From: Planctomycetota bacterium
GTDB lineage: Bacteria; Planctomycetota; UBA8108; SXIK01
Assembly (NCBI GenBank): GCA_965223265.1
Contig: OZ244999.1
Coordinates: forward strand, 3,168,001 to 3,232,000
Reading direction: 5' to 3'
Length of the DNA: 64,000 bases
Each line of letters begins with the position of its first letter. Within the stretch, counting starts at the first letter, position 1. Positions 20,001 to 29,739 of the stretch are shown here, in pieces. A program made the position numbers and the translations under genes. Under the pieces are notes generated by a model. The model saw only the letters and a list, made by a program, of their open reading frames with translations, did no database searches and was not told the origin of the DNA.

Positions 20001-22517
20001 GGGAAACACCTGCGCGAGAAAGTCTTGGTGAAGAGGGAAGCGCTCAGTGTCCTGGAAGACGGTCGAAAGAAGCTCAGAATCGTCTCGTGCCGGTACCGTA
20101 AACTTGAGGAATCGGCCGCTGCGTTCATCGCTGTCGACAGGCGCTGAGAGCGAGCGAAAATCGACGAGCGTGCAGAGCGTGTGACGATACGGCATGACGT
20201 CGACGACGATCGATTCGTTGCGAAGGATCGTGAAACTCTTGCCAAGTCGATCCGGAGACACCAAGTCGATGTCGCCGTCGTCGTCGACGTCTCCTGGCAA
20301 GACGAAACGGAGGCCGGCACCGGCTGGAAAGTGTAGAGGCGTACTGAATCGTCCGTCACCAAAGCCGCGGAGCATCGACACCGTGCTTTGAATCTCGTTG
20401 GCGCTGACGAGGTCTAGGGCGCCGTCGCCGTCGAGATCGACGACCGTTACCGAGTAGGGCGCCTGCCCGAGACCAAGTTCGTTCTCGAGATTGAACGTTC
20501 CGTCGCCTCCGCCGCGCAAGAGAGACAAGCTCGACGCGGCAGTGCTGGCGGCAACGAGATCAAGGTGCCCGTCTTGGTTGAGGTCGGCAGCGACAACTGC
20601 GTCAGCACGTCCACGGAGCGGGTGTGTGCCACCCGGTGCGAAGAAGCCGCCTCGCTGATTAAGGAGAATGGTGACGTTCTGCGCTTCGGAAACCGCAACG
20701 GCGAGGTCGACCGCTTCGTCGCCATTGTAGTCGCCGACCGCAAGAAAGCGAGGTGAGGGGCCGACACGGTAGTCCATGCGTTCGACTTGCTCGACGAGTG
20801 TGGGCGAGGCGAGAAGGACGCTCACGTCGCCCGAGTTCAAGTTCGCGCTGGCGGCATCGAGATTGCCGTCACCGTTGAAATCGCCAAGCTTTACATCGAT
20901 CGGAGCTGCACCGACTCGGTGGATGACCGAAGGGCTGAACGTGCCGTTGCCGCGACCAAGGTTGGCGACGATCGACTCGTTGCGGTGGTCCACCGTGACG
21001 CAATCTGGGATGCCGTCCGCGTCGATGTCCGCGGCAGCGAGAGCGATTGGCTGCTCGGAATCGAAGGGCTGAGCCTCGAGCACGCGAAACCCTGTGGGTG
21101 TGTTGAGGGCAACGGAAAACGACCCCGGGACTGTGTTGGCGCCAACGATGTCAAGCCGACCATCGCCGTCGAGGTCGACCACCGCGCCGGAGTGTGGGGC
21201 GCAGCCGCGGCCGATGAAGCAGCCGGGAAGTTCGATGCGGTCGCTAGAGAATGCGAACGCGCCAGGACGATCGCTTGACCAGAGCATTCCCATGCTCGCG
21301 GGACTCGGGCTGACGAACGCGAAGTCGACGTCTCCGTCGGCGTCGAAGTCGGACGCCGCTAGGCCGTTGGCGAGGCGGTTCGTCCCGAAACGGCGTGGTG
21401 GCGCGAATCCTCCGTCCCCGTCGCCGAGCCACAGGAGCACCGACGGGGGGCGTGCTGCAGACACCGCAAGGTCGACTGAGCCGTCGGCGTCGAAGTCCGC
21501 GCTGATCAGTGATGCTCCGGCGGTCGGATAGGTGGCGTCGACGGTGAGCGTGCCGTTGCGACCGAGCAGCAGGACGATCGCCTCATTCGTCAGCAGGGCC
21601 GCATCCAAGTTGCCATCCTGGTCGTAATCTCCCGTGACCACTTCCGTCGGGCGACCGGGAACCGACGACTCGACGGGTTCTGCAAACGTCCCGTCGCTGC
21701 GTCGCGGCAACAGCGAGTAGCCTCCGACGCGTGCTACGAGCACATCGTTTCTGCCGTCGCCGTTGAAGTCTGCGGTAGTCGCAGCGACTGGGCTGGCGCC
21801 CACGGCGACGCGACCCTCGAGCCGGAAGTCTCCGTCTCCGGTGTTCAAGGCGACGAGCAGCTCAGAGGCTCCCTCGAGTGGCACGAGAAGATCAGGAGCT
21901 CCGTCGTCGTCAACGTCGTCGAGCGCCGGTGTGCCAGGCGCGTCCTGCAGTGCCAAGGTGGCGCCGCGTTCAAACTTGTTGCGCTCGCCGGCGTTGAGAT
22001 AGACGCGAAGCGTATCGGGATAGATCGCGATGAAATCCGTCAGGCCGTCACCGTTGAGGTCGCCGGCGTCGACATGTTCGAGGCCGAAGTTCGCATCGAT
22101 CACCGAAGGAGTGGTGAACGAGCCCAGTCCGTCGTTGTAGCTGACGAACACCTTTGAGCCGGTGGCTGACGTGCCCTGGCTCGCGGCAAGTAGGTCTACA
22201 GCTTCGTCGCCGTCGAAGTCGGCGCTAACGATCTGGCGCGGTACTTGGCTCAGAGGCAGAATCGCTAGCCCGGTTTGGAGATGGAGCAGGGAGGATTCGC
22301 ATTCGTCGGGTATGCCGCTGGCGTTGCAGTCGTCGCTGAGCCGGAGTTCAATATCCTCTGCGTCATCCCGGCCGTTTCCGTTACAGTCCTGCCCCATCGC
22401 GGGAGCTGCGACGACGAGGTGGAGCGTGGCCGCAGCGATCAGGGTCGTTAGACGGTGGCGTCGCGGGCCCACGCGGAGTGACCGTTCGGCGATCTGGCGC
22501 AGTGTCGGGAGCGACAT
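17040..22517 (-). CDS. Secreted FG-GAP/VCBS repeat protein with phosphohistidine + PEP/pyruvate-binding (dikinase ATP-grasp) module and dockerin-like domain
   Basis: Signal peptide; DCNGNG repeat; more than 10 D(F/L)(D/N)GDGxxD repeats; TELSHLAVR; FGGKA; RSSSNVED..NGAGLYDS; VWASLW; KQVRP; FKRGDVDGDG..DANDDG. Confidence 0.85.
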   Translation of the reverse strand: MSLPTLRQIAERSLRVGPRRHRLTTLIAAATLHLVVAAPAMGQDCNGNGRDDAEDIELRLSDDCNASGIPDECESSLLHLQTGLAILPLSQVPRQIVSADFDGDEAVDLLAASQGTSATGSKVFVSYNDGLGSFTTPSVIDANFGLEHVDAGDLNGDGLTDFIAIYPDTLRVYLNAGERNKFERGATLALQDAPGTPALDDVDDDGAPDLLVPLEGASELLVALNTGDGDFRLEGRVAVGASPVAATTADFNGDGRNDVLVARVGGYSLLPRRSDGTFAEPVESSVPGRPTEVVTGDYDQDGNLDAALLTNEAIVLLLGRNGTLTVDATYPTAGASLISADFDADGSVDLAVSAARPPSVLLWLGDGDGGFAPPRRFGTNRLANGLAASDFDADGDVDFAFVSPSPASMGMLWSSDRPGAFAFSSDRIELPGCFIGRGCAPHSGAVVDLDGDGRLDIVGANTVPGSFSVALNTPTGFRVLEAQPFDSEQPIALAAADIDADGIPDCVTVDHRNESIVANLGRGNGTFSPSVIHRVGAAPIDVKLGDFNGDGNLDAASANLNSGDVSVLLASPTLVEQVERMDYRVGPSPRFLAVGDYNGDEAVDLAVAVSEAQNVTILLNQRGGFFAPGGTHPLRGRADAVVAADLNQDGHLDLVAASTAASSLSLLRGGGDGTFNLENELGLGQAPYSVTVVDLDGDGALDLVSANEIQSTVSMLRGFGDGRFSTPLHFPAGAGLRFVLPGDVDDDGDIDLVSPDRLGKSFTILRNESIVVDVMPYRHTLCTLVDFRSLSAPVDSDERSGRFLKFTVPARDDSELLSTVFQDTERFPLHQDFLAQVFPERFPALGVEEYDRLVGRRATRDYFVGSITRFTRDGETTFGFNVFADFSSIEALTLEEMTAIFTRLSDAFELEPLVYAPTNAAAIAVARQWTSAPFPIDFEHQIETGRFEAYTTGATFGRVRRLDAESFAALNENGRFSFQDILVLEEAPRDIEGVVGGVITQEPQTELSHLAVRTARRGTPNAFVEAASARFIEFEGELVRLDVTLSGFTVEIATFQEADAFWQASRPRLSLEPNVDFTFGDLPDLLAIAADDILEGPNASESRFGGKASHFSRLQSILSGQYSRYRAPGFSVPLRYYVEFMRTNLMPSALDPNRTVTYESYLDELFNSALFQSDPGFRFRALEAFRDHANEQGIVDPDLVGRLATRIGEVFGTTSDRIRIRSSSNVEDALEFNGAGLYDSTSACAADDLDSDARGPSLCDSKRDNERGIARALKRVWASLWNYRAFEEREFFSVPQNRAAMAILATKAFTDERANGVALTGNPTQTNERRFVVVAQIGEESVVTPEPGTTTERSLLRIENGAVEEIVRARSSSLAEPGAHVLSDDELRELGALLAHIDENLPLALGAFDRRDVLLEVEFKVTQTGELAVKQVRPFLLPTPPIPRPTFTLTAAPDAEMCALFGTGRGSRRDFELKSIVRFRVGEFLLPSDENAFEIDLIEAVQFGPRQEVATPTSPGLADVVIVAGSGDRQATVRFDFHQSFTLNSGAVLDLELSGLQFDLGGSSALEALSLNEAIRSGQVRLNASLTEGESFEQIQYTSCSLAGLPLWRIEVETEDHGAFSLLERFQPEPHKDVGIAALESATLRWPNAERNVTLYQDLVYSAFRHNQRISYWIHLPAHVDLPAAQGIAIVEIIAPEPREAIEPQVTYLDENFLRIGGAVVSSYSRGLDTSMPETKFKRGDVDGDGEISVEDVMTTLSYLFRSAPPPLCAKAIDANDDGRINVTDAVRMLLHLFAGHAGLPPPSLSCGPDPTTDDLDCTGDSFCP

Positions 22518-23013
22518 GAATGTCCTGTCCGCTAAAGAAGCCCGTCAGCGCGTCTTGACACCAGCTGGAGCTCGCCAGCGGAGTCGCTCGCTCCGGGAAC
22601 CGGCGACCGCGCGTTTGCCGCCGGCTGAAGCAGCTTGGACAGCTCTGGCGACTCGTTTCGACACACAACAGGCAATCTTAGTGGACCTTGCGAAGGTGGT
22701 CAAATGACGCTTGTCTCCCTCTCGAGTACCGGACCGATCGCTCACCCCGACCCGCCGTCAATCCGGTCGGCTGGCGTGCGCCTGACTCCGCCGGAACACG
22801 GCTGCCGCCTTTGACGCGATCCTGCAGGCAGAACGTCGTGTTTGTCTGCTCAGCCGTTGCATCGGCGTGCGGCTTCTGTAAGGTTGTTACCGTTTGTTTT
22901 GTGTCCCCGATCGACCCCGGGCGCTGGGGCGCCCGTGAAGTGTCTGACGTTCCTGTTGCGACGCGGCCGGGGTCACGTTTTTCGTACTACGTGTCTCGCT
23001 ATCAGGAGGAAAC

Positions 23014-23454
23014 ATGGGAGCTGAAGCCAAAGCGCTTGAGCTGGGTCTGACCTTCCCCAAGCAGGAGCCTGGCTATCTGAATCTCTGCGCGCGCTCGGGA
23101 AATCTGTTGTTCACATCAGGGCACACGAGCGACATGAAAGGCAAACTCGGCGCCGACTTGAGCGTCGACCAAGGGTATGAAGCTGCGAAAGATTGCGCCA
23201 TCAAGATCCTCCGTTCCGTTCACAACGCTCATGGTACGCTCGATGGCTTGCGCGTCATCAAGTTGCTCGGCTGCGTAAACTCGACGCTTGAGTTCACTGA
23301 GCAGCATTTGGTGATCAATGGCGCCTCGGATTTGCTCCATGAGATCTTCGGCAAAGAAGGCGATGGTTATCACGCGCGCAGCGCACTGGGATTTGCGTCG
23401 CTTCCGACCGGGCCGGCCGTCGAAGTTGAGGCGATCTTCGAGATCAAATCGTAG
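23014..23454 (+). CDS. RidA/YjgF/YER057c/UK114 family protein
   Basis: LLFTSGH..GKLGADLS..GY.AA..NGASDLL.EIFG..HARSALG..VEVEAI; AGGAGG RBS. Confidence 0.9.
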   Translation: MGAEAKALELGLTFPKQEPGYLNLCARSGNLLFTSGHTSDMKGKLGADLSVDQGYEAAKDCAIKILRSVHNAHGTLDGLRVIKLLGCVNSTLEFTEQHLVINGASDLLHEIFGKEGDGYHARSALGFASLPTGPAVEVEAIFEIKS

Positions 23455-23578
23455 AGCTGCGAGCACGGTTAACGCTGCAATCCGCGGCGCTGTTGGCGGT
23501 TTGCAGACGCCGCCCATGGCGCCGTGGAATGAGCGAGCTGAAGAGGCGGACTCGTGGCGGTACGGCGAGCGAGCGCAT

Positions 23579-26500
23579 TCAGGCTGTCGATGACTTCGCG
23601 CCGCCAACGCGTAGACATCGCACTGCGAAGCGCCGGAGCGCGGAGCCGCAGTCCTCCACGACAACCACGGTGGCTGGTAGAAGGAGTGATGTGAGAAGTG
23701 TCGAAAGGGCTATTCCTCCGATGACGACGTAGGCCATGGAATAGTAGTACGTACCGCCGAACGACGGGCGTTGAATCAGCATTGGGACCAGACCTATGAG
23801 CGTGGTCATCGCCGTCATCAGGATCGGGCGAAGCCGCTCGCGTCCACCCTTGAGAAGCGCCTCGTGGCGATCCATACCTTGGCGTCGATAAGTGTTGATG
23901 TGTTCAATCATGACGATGCCGTTGTTGACGACGATGCCGACCAGGAGGAGAACGCCCATAGCGGCGGGGATGTCGAAGTCGGTTCCTGTTAAGTAGAGTG
24001 TCCAGATTGCGCCAGAGAGAGCGAATGGCAGGGCGATCATCAGGGCTATCGCCTGTCGCACCGACTCGAACAGACTCGCCATGACACCAAAGACAAGCAT
24101 GAGCGCGAGGAGAAGGTTGACAACGTACTCGTTAGAGGTCTCTCGCTGTCGCTGTTGCCACGAGCCGAACGTCCACCCGTATCCGTACGGGAACGTCATC
24201 GCCGCTAGGGCGGCTTCGACCGCAGGGACGTAGTCGTCTCTCGTACCCATCTCATATTCGGCCCCGACCCAGACACTGGTGTTTCGATCGCTTCGTTCGA
24301 TTCGATGCGGACCGCGAACTTCGTTGAATTTGGCTACCGAGGCGAGTGGAAGCTTCTCACCCTGTTCGCTCCAAAACGGCAAGTTTTGCAACTGGACCAC
24401 GCTCTCGGCGTCCTTTTCATCAAGAGTCAAGCGCATTTCGCGCTCGCCCGCGGGGGTCCTGAATCGCTGCAAGCGACGACCTCGAAACGTTAGGCCGACG
24501 ACTTCGGCGACGCTTGCCGGGGGCACGTCGTAGCGGGACACCAAGTCTCGATCAAGAGTGACGTGGATCTCTTGGCGACCTTGTTCGTTGCTCGCGAATG
24601 TGTTTTCCAGGCCCGGAATTCTCGCGATGCGAGTGCGAGCCTCCTCTGCGAGATCGGCGAGGACTTCAGAATCCTCGCCGAAGACGCGAAAGGCGACCCG
24701 CTTGCCTCGATCATGACGCCACGCGCGGCGATTCTCGGTCACCTCGAGGCGAACGCCGGCGATTTCGGGGAGGATCTCCCTGAGTCGTTGCCTCACTCTC
24801 GTGACGTTTTCTTGTGTCGCTTCTCCATCCCTCAAATAGACTCGAGTCATCGACCAGCGATCACTCCACCAGCTGTAGATGGACTTTGCATTCAGCTCAT
24901 CTCGGTAGTCGTCAAGGAAGGTCTCAACGTGTGTGATGAGTTGTTCTCTTTCGTCGAGAGTCTTCTCCTCACTGAATTTGTAGTGAATTTGAGCAAAGAT
25001 GTCTTGTCGATCGAGTGTGAACTTGCGTTCGATCGAGAAGAAGGGATAGAGCGCTGAGGCTGTGACTGCAATGCCGATCACCGGCGCCATCCACGCGTGA
25101 CGTAAGTGAAGCGCGAGCACGCGTTCGTACTGCAGCTCGAGGCGTCGCATCCATGGCTCTTTTGGCCGAGGCTTGGTTCGAATGAACCATGACGTGGCGA
25201 GTGGAATCAGTGTTTGGCTGACGAAGAGAGACGCCAGCAGGGTAAGGCAGACGGTGATGCCGATCTCTTTGAGTGGGATGTTGAGCTCGCTCGGTTTGTT
25301 AAAGACGATCGGCAGGAACACAATGACGGAAGTTAGCGTCGCGGTCACGACGGCTACGGAGACTTCGCGCGCACCGATGAGTGACGCGCTGCGGCGGTTT
25401 TTTCCCTCTTCCTGGTGCCTGAAGATGTTCTCGATCACGACGACAGCATTGTCGACAAGCATGCCAATTCCGACGATCAACCCGAGCAAAGTGAGCGTAT
25501 TGAGCGTGCGACCGTTCAGCCACAGGATGCCGCACGCGACAATCAGGGAGAACGGGATGCAAGCGGCTGCGACGAGCGTCGTCGAGAAACGCCGCAGAAA
25601 CACATAAAGCACGAGTGAGGCGAGGAGTGCGCCGAACACTCCGGCGTAGAAGAGTTGACCCAAGGTTTTCTTGATTTCTTTACCTTGGTTAAACCAAACC
25701 AGAAACTGAAGCCCTTCCAGCTCGGGATCCGACCGGAGAGCCGCGATGCGTTTTTCGAGCGCGTCGCAGACGGCGACGACGTTGGCTTTCGACTCCGTGC
25801 TCACGGTCAGTCCGACTGCGAACTTGCCGTCGAGATGGCGGCCGTACTCGAGTGGGGGCTCGCGGTATTCGACGTCGGCGACGTTCCGCAGCCGTAGACC
25901 GTCGCCGCGCAGAGTGAGGTTGCGGATTTGCTCAATGTCGACGAAGCTGCCGATCGTACGCAGTGTGTAGCGGCGATCACCTTCGACGATCTTGCCCAGC
26001 GACTGATTGAAATTGCTTCGCCGCAGGATGCGCGATACTTCGCGTACGTCCATGCGATGAAGCTCGAGGTCTGCGAGCCGGAGATTGATCCGCACTTCGC
26101 GAGGATTGACGCCGTCGAGTCGGACTTGTGCGACACCCGGGATGCGCTGCAGTGGGCGCACGACTCGCTGCTCGAGGAGATCGTAGTTCTCGCTCAAATT
26201 TCGTTTCGAGCTCAATCGGCCTTCGAGCACCGGGTCATCGGCTTCCTGCGAGTTCCAATGTGTTGCCACGGTGATATCGCCGACGTCTTCTGGCAGCTCG
26301 CCGCGGATTCGGTCGAGTTTTTCCCACACTTCAACCCGCGCCAGGTGCATGTCTGTCGCCCAATCGAACTCGAGTCGAACGAATCCGGAATCGTCGCTAC
26401 AGCGTGACCACATCTGTTTGAGCCCCTTCACCGCTCCCAGTGCCTCCTCGACGGGGCGGACAATCATGCGTTCGATCTGCTCCGGTGAGGCGCTCGGGTA

Positions 26501-26650
26501 CGGCAGGCGTACGAAGAGTTCGGGCTCCTCCATATCAGGCAGAAAGGCGAGTGGTAGGCGTGTCATCGCGACGCCGCCGAGCACGACTAGGCTGACGATC
26601 AGCATGAGCGTCGTGACGTGGCGCTTGATGGCAAGTTCGGGCAGGGTCAC
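23579..26650 (-). CDS. RND efflux permease subunit (AcrB/AcrD/AcrF family)
   Basis: GMLVDNAVVV, GIVVNNGIV, RLRPILMT; GTG start at 26650 overlaps the upstream stop (GTGA), so the track's 26809 start is too long. Confidence 0.92.
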   Translation of the reverse strand: MTLPELAIKRHVTTLMLIVSLVVLGGVAMTRLPLAFLPDMEEPELFVRLPYPSASPEQIERMIVRPVEEALGAVKGLKQMWSRCSDDSGFVRLEFDWATDMHLARVEVWEKLDRIRGELPEDVGDITVATHWNSQEADDPVLEGRLSSKRNLSENYDLLEQRVVRPLQRIPGVAQVRLDGVNPREVRINLRLADLELHRMDVREVSRILRRSNFNQSLGKIVEGDRRYTLRTIGSFVDIEQIRNLTLRGDGLRLRNVADVEYREPPLEYGRHLDGKFAVGLTVSTESKANVVAVCDALEKRIAALRSDPELEGLQFLVWFNQGKEIKKTLGQLFYAGVFGALLASLVLYVFLRRFSTTLVAAACIPFSLIVACGILWLNGRTLNTLTLLGLIVGIGMLVDNAVVVIENIFRHQEEGKNRRSASLIGAREVSVAVVTATLTSVIVFLPIVFNKPSELNIPLKEIGITVCLTLLASLFVSQTLIPLATSWFIRTKPRPKEPWMRRLELQYERVLALHLRHAWMAPVIGIAVTASALYPFFSIERKFTLDRQDIFAQIHYKFSEEKTLDEREQLITHVETFLDDYRDELNAKSIYSWWSDRWSMTRVYLRDGEATQENVTRVRQRLREILPEIAGVRLEVTENRRAWRHDRGKRVAFRVFGEDSEVLADLAEEARTRIARIPGLENTFASNEQGRQEIHVTLDRDLVSRYDVPPASVAEVVGLTFRGRRLQRFRTPAGEREMRLTLDEKDAESVVQLQNLPFWSEQGEKLPLASVAKFNEVRGPHRIERSDRNTSVWVGAEYEMGTRDDYVPAVEAALAAMTFPYGYGWTFGSWQQRQRETSNEYVVNLLLALMLVFGVMASLFESVRQAIALMIALPFALSGAIWTLYLTGTDFDIPAAMGVLLLVGIVVNNGIVMIEHINTYRRQGMDRHEALLKGGRERLRPILMTAMTTLIGLVPMLIQRPSFGGTYYYSMAYVVIGGIALSTLLTSLLLPATVVVVEDCGSALRRFAVRCLRVGGAKSSTA

Positions 26651-29600
26651 GATTGAGCCTCCGGCAGAGCGGCACTTTCCCCGTCTTTGCCTTGGGGCGT
26701 CAACATGTAGGCTGCCGGAATCACGAGCAGCGTCAGAATCGTGCTCAGTAGTAGGCCAGAGGCGACCGTGATGGCGAGCGGCGCGCGCAGTTCCGCTCCC
26801 TGCCCCCACGGGAGAGCCATTGGCACGAGTCCAAGCACCGTGGTCAGCGTCGTCATCAAGATCGGACGCAGCCTGAGATGTCCGGCTTGGATCACTGCCT
26901 CAAAGCGTTCGACTCCTTGACGACGCATTCGGTTGATCGTGTCGATCAGAACGATGGCGTTGTTGACGACGATACCTACGAGCATGATACCACCGATCAA
27001 CACGATGACCGTGACCGTCGTACCGGTGAGGGCGAGCGCCGCGACAACCCCGACGAGCGACAGCGGGATCGTGAAGAGAACGACGAATGGATGGACGAAC
27101 GACTCGAAGATCGAAGCCATCACCAGGTAAACGAGAAAAATCGCCAGTCCGATGGCAAAGCGAAGACTTTGGAAAGACACCTGGCGCTCGCGATTCTGCC
27201 CGGCGATTTCAGCACTGACGCCACTGGGAAATGAGAAGTTGGTGAGCAGCGCTTCGACCTCGTCGATCGCCGAGCCAAGAGATCGCTCGCGTAGATTCGC
27301 TGTCACCACAGCCGCGCGTTGCTGCTGCACGCGATGCACCTCCGCGGGGCCTCTCCCAACGCGAAGGTTGGCTACGGTAATCAGCCGGATCGGCGTGCCG
27401 TTGGCGCTGGGGACGATCAGTCGTTGGACGTCTTCCAGACTGGCGCGGTCCGCTTCAAGATTGCGAATACGGACGTCGATTTGTCGTTCCTGTTGCTTGA
27501 AGCGTGTTGGAACGACACCTTGAATTCTGCTCTGCAGTGTGTTCGAAAGGCGCTCCATGTCGAGCCCGGTCGCGGCGATGCGGTCGCGATCGAACTTTAC
27601 TTGAATCTCTGGGCTTCCCGCCTCCAACGACGAGCGGACGTCCGTCATGCCGTCCATACTGCTGACGCGTTGTGCCAGGGCTAAGGACGCGCTGCGGAGA
27701 TCATCGAGATCTTCTCCGTAGAGGATAATCTCGACGGGTGTCTTGAGGCTGAAATACGACGGTCGCCCGAACTTGACATCCAAGTCAGGGATCTCTTGGA
27801 ATTCACCGCTAAGGTACCGGACGACACCATCCTCCGCAGCCTCGTCGCTGCGATCGTGCAGCACGATGTTCAGCTGCCCGAGGTTCTCGGCCTTCGTGTT
27901 GAGTGAGATGCCGCCGGCGACGAGGCGACTGCCGACAGTCGAGTAGATGCGCTCGATTCTCTGGTCTGCTTGTGCCAACCGTTCAAGATTGGAGATCGCC
28001 CTGTCTGTCGCTTGGAGAGATGCTCCTTCCGGGAGATTGACCTCGAAGTAGAATTCGCCTTCCGTCAGCGAGGGGATTAGTTCCGTCTCGAGTGTTCGTC
28101 CAGCGGCGACGACGGCGACCACGAAGAGGAGTGCCGCAGAGCTCAGCGTGACGAACCGGTGTTTGAGTACGGATCTTAGGATTCGATCGTAGAGTGCAGA
28201 GATGAACCCCAGGGAGCGCACTGAGGGGGGATTCTTCGCGACGGGCCGCGTCGAGGACGCGTTCCTCCGTCTGCCAACGGCACTCAACATCGGAATCAGG
28301 GTTACCGCGACGACGAGCGAAGCAATCAGACTGACCGTCACGGTGAGCGCCTGATCTCGAAAGAGCTGGCCCGCGATTCCTTCGACGAAGACGATCGGTA
28401 GGAAGACGGCGACGGTCGTCATTGTCGACGCCAGGACTGCAGGCCCAACCTCGCTCGCTCCCTGAACGGCTGCTTTCTGTGGCGTCTCGCCCGACTGCCT
28501 GCGTCGGTAGATCGACTCAAGCACGACGATCGAGTTGTCGACGAGCATGCCGACGCCGAGCGTCAGTCCGCCAAGCGACATGATGTTGAGTGAGATGTCA
28601 GCGCGGTACATGACCAGAAACGCGGCGATGATCGACACTGGGATCGAGAGCGCGACGATCAAGGTGCTCCGCAGATCGCGGAGAAATACGAAGAGGATGA
28701 GGGTTGCGAGGAGCCCTCCGATGGCTGCGGCGTCTCGGACGCCGCGAATCGCCAAGGAGATGAACTCCGATTGGTCGAAGAGAGTCACCAGCTCGTGGCC
28801 AGGAGGGAGCTTCGAACGCCAGTTCTCGAGTTTGTCTTCGAGGGCGCGCGCTGCATGGACCGTGTTCGCATCGCCTTCCTTGTAGATCGCGATTTCGACG
28901 CATTCCTTGCCGTCGACACGTGTGATTTCGTCTCGCTCTTTAGTTCCCATGCGCACGTCTGCAACTTCTCGCAGGCGGACCGTCGCGCTGCCGCTGCGCC
29001 AGACGATGAGCTCTCCGATCTCTTCCACTGTGCGGAACTCGTTGAGGGTGCGGACCAGGTATTGAAGGTTCTCCCCGCGTAAGGCACCGCCGGGCAGGTT
29101 GACGTTCGATACGCCGACGACGTCGCGCAAATGGTCGAGAGGAATACCGAGGGCGGCGAGGCGCTCCTGGTCGATCTCGATCTGCACCTCTTCTTCGAAG
29201 CCACCCTTGATCTGGGCCGAGGCGATCCCGTCAACGGTCTCAAGCTCAGGCTTGATGCGACGCTCTGCAAGGTCGCGTATGTCTGTCAATTCGCCTGGGC
29301 CTACCAGCGCGAGACGGATGATCGGGTCGAGCGCGGGATCGAATCGCAGCACGATCGGATCTTCGGCCTCTTCAGGAAGAATGAGGCGGTCGATCTTCTC
29401 GCGTACCTCCAGTGATAGGAGGTCCATGTCGGATGACCAATCGAATTCGAGCGTGACTTCAGACACCCCCGAACGAGATATCGAGTGTACTGACTGTAGG
29501 CCTCGCAGAACTCCGACAGCTTCTTCGACTTCGCGGGTGACGAGGTATTCGACTTCTTCTGGCGCGGTGTCAGGAAAGTTGGTCCGCACCGTGATTGACG

Positions 29601-29730
29601 GATAACTGATGTTCGGGAAGAGCTCGACAAGGAGGCGTGAATACCCGACGACACCGAAGACCACGACGGCCAGTGTCGTCATGACGACGGTGACGCGTCG
29701 AGCGACGGCGATTTCGACGAGCTTGCGCAT
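26647..29730 (-). CDS. RND efflux permease subunit (AcrB/AcrD/AcrF family)
   Basis: PEEVE, GMLVDNSIVVLE, GIVVNNAIV, RLRPILMTT; 1027 aa with RND-type hydrophobic pattern. Confidence 0.95.
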   Translation of the reverse strand: MRKLVEIAVARRVTVVMTTLAVVVFGVVGYSRLLVELFPNISYPSITVRTNFPDTAPEEVEYLVTREVEEAVGVLRGLQSVHSISRSGVSEVTLEFDWSSDMDLLSLEVREKIDRLILPEEAEDPIVLRFDPALDPIIRLALVGPGELTDIRDLAERRIKPELETVDGIASAQIKGGFEEEVQIEIDQERLAALGIPLDHLRDVVGVSNVNLPGGALRGENLQYLVRTLNEFRTVEEIGELIVWRSGSATVRLREVADVRMGTKERDEITRVDGKECVEIAIYKEGDANTVHAARALEDKLENWRSKLPPGHELVTLFDQSEFISLAIRGVRDAAAIGGLLATLILFVFLRDLRSTLIVALSIPVSIIAAFLVMYRADISLNIMSLGGLTLGVGMLVDNSIVVLESIYRRRQSGETPQKAAVQGASEVGPAVLASTMTTVAVFLPIVFVEGIAGQLFRDQALTVTVSLIASLVVAVTLIPMLSAVGRRRNASSTRPVAKNPPSVRSLGFISALYDRILRSVLKHRFVTLSSAALLFVVAVVAAGRTLETELIPSLTEGEFYFEVNLPEGASLQATDRAISNLERLAQADQRIERIYSTVGSRLVAGGISLNTKAENLGQLNIVLHDRSDEAAEDGVVRYLSGEFQEIPDLDVKFGRPSYFSLKTPVEIILYGEDLDDLRSASLALAQRVSSMDGMTDVRSSLEAGSPEIQVKFDRDRIAATGLDMERLSNTLQSRIQGVVPTRFKQQERQIDVRIRNLEADRASLEDVQRLIVPSANGTPIRLITVANLRVGRGPAEVHRVQQQRAAVVTANLRERSLGSAIDEVEALLTNFSFPSGVSAEIAGQNRERQVSFQSLRFAIGLAIFLVYLVMASIFESFVHPFVVLFTIPLSLVGVVAALALTGTTVTVIVLIGGIMLVGIVVNNAIVLIDTINRMRRQGVERFEAVIQAGHLRLRPILMTTLTTVLGLVPMALPWGQGAELRAPLAITVASGLLLSTILTLLVIPAAYMLTPQGKDGESAALPEAQS

Positions 29731-29739
29731 GCCCAGATT

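Noticed and set aside
26651-26809. N-terminal extension of the second RND permease in the ORF track
   Set aside because: It overlaps the upstream gene; the GTGA-coupled start at 26650 gives a typical RND N-terminus.
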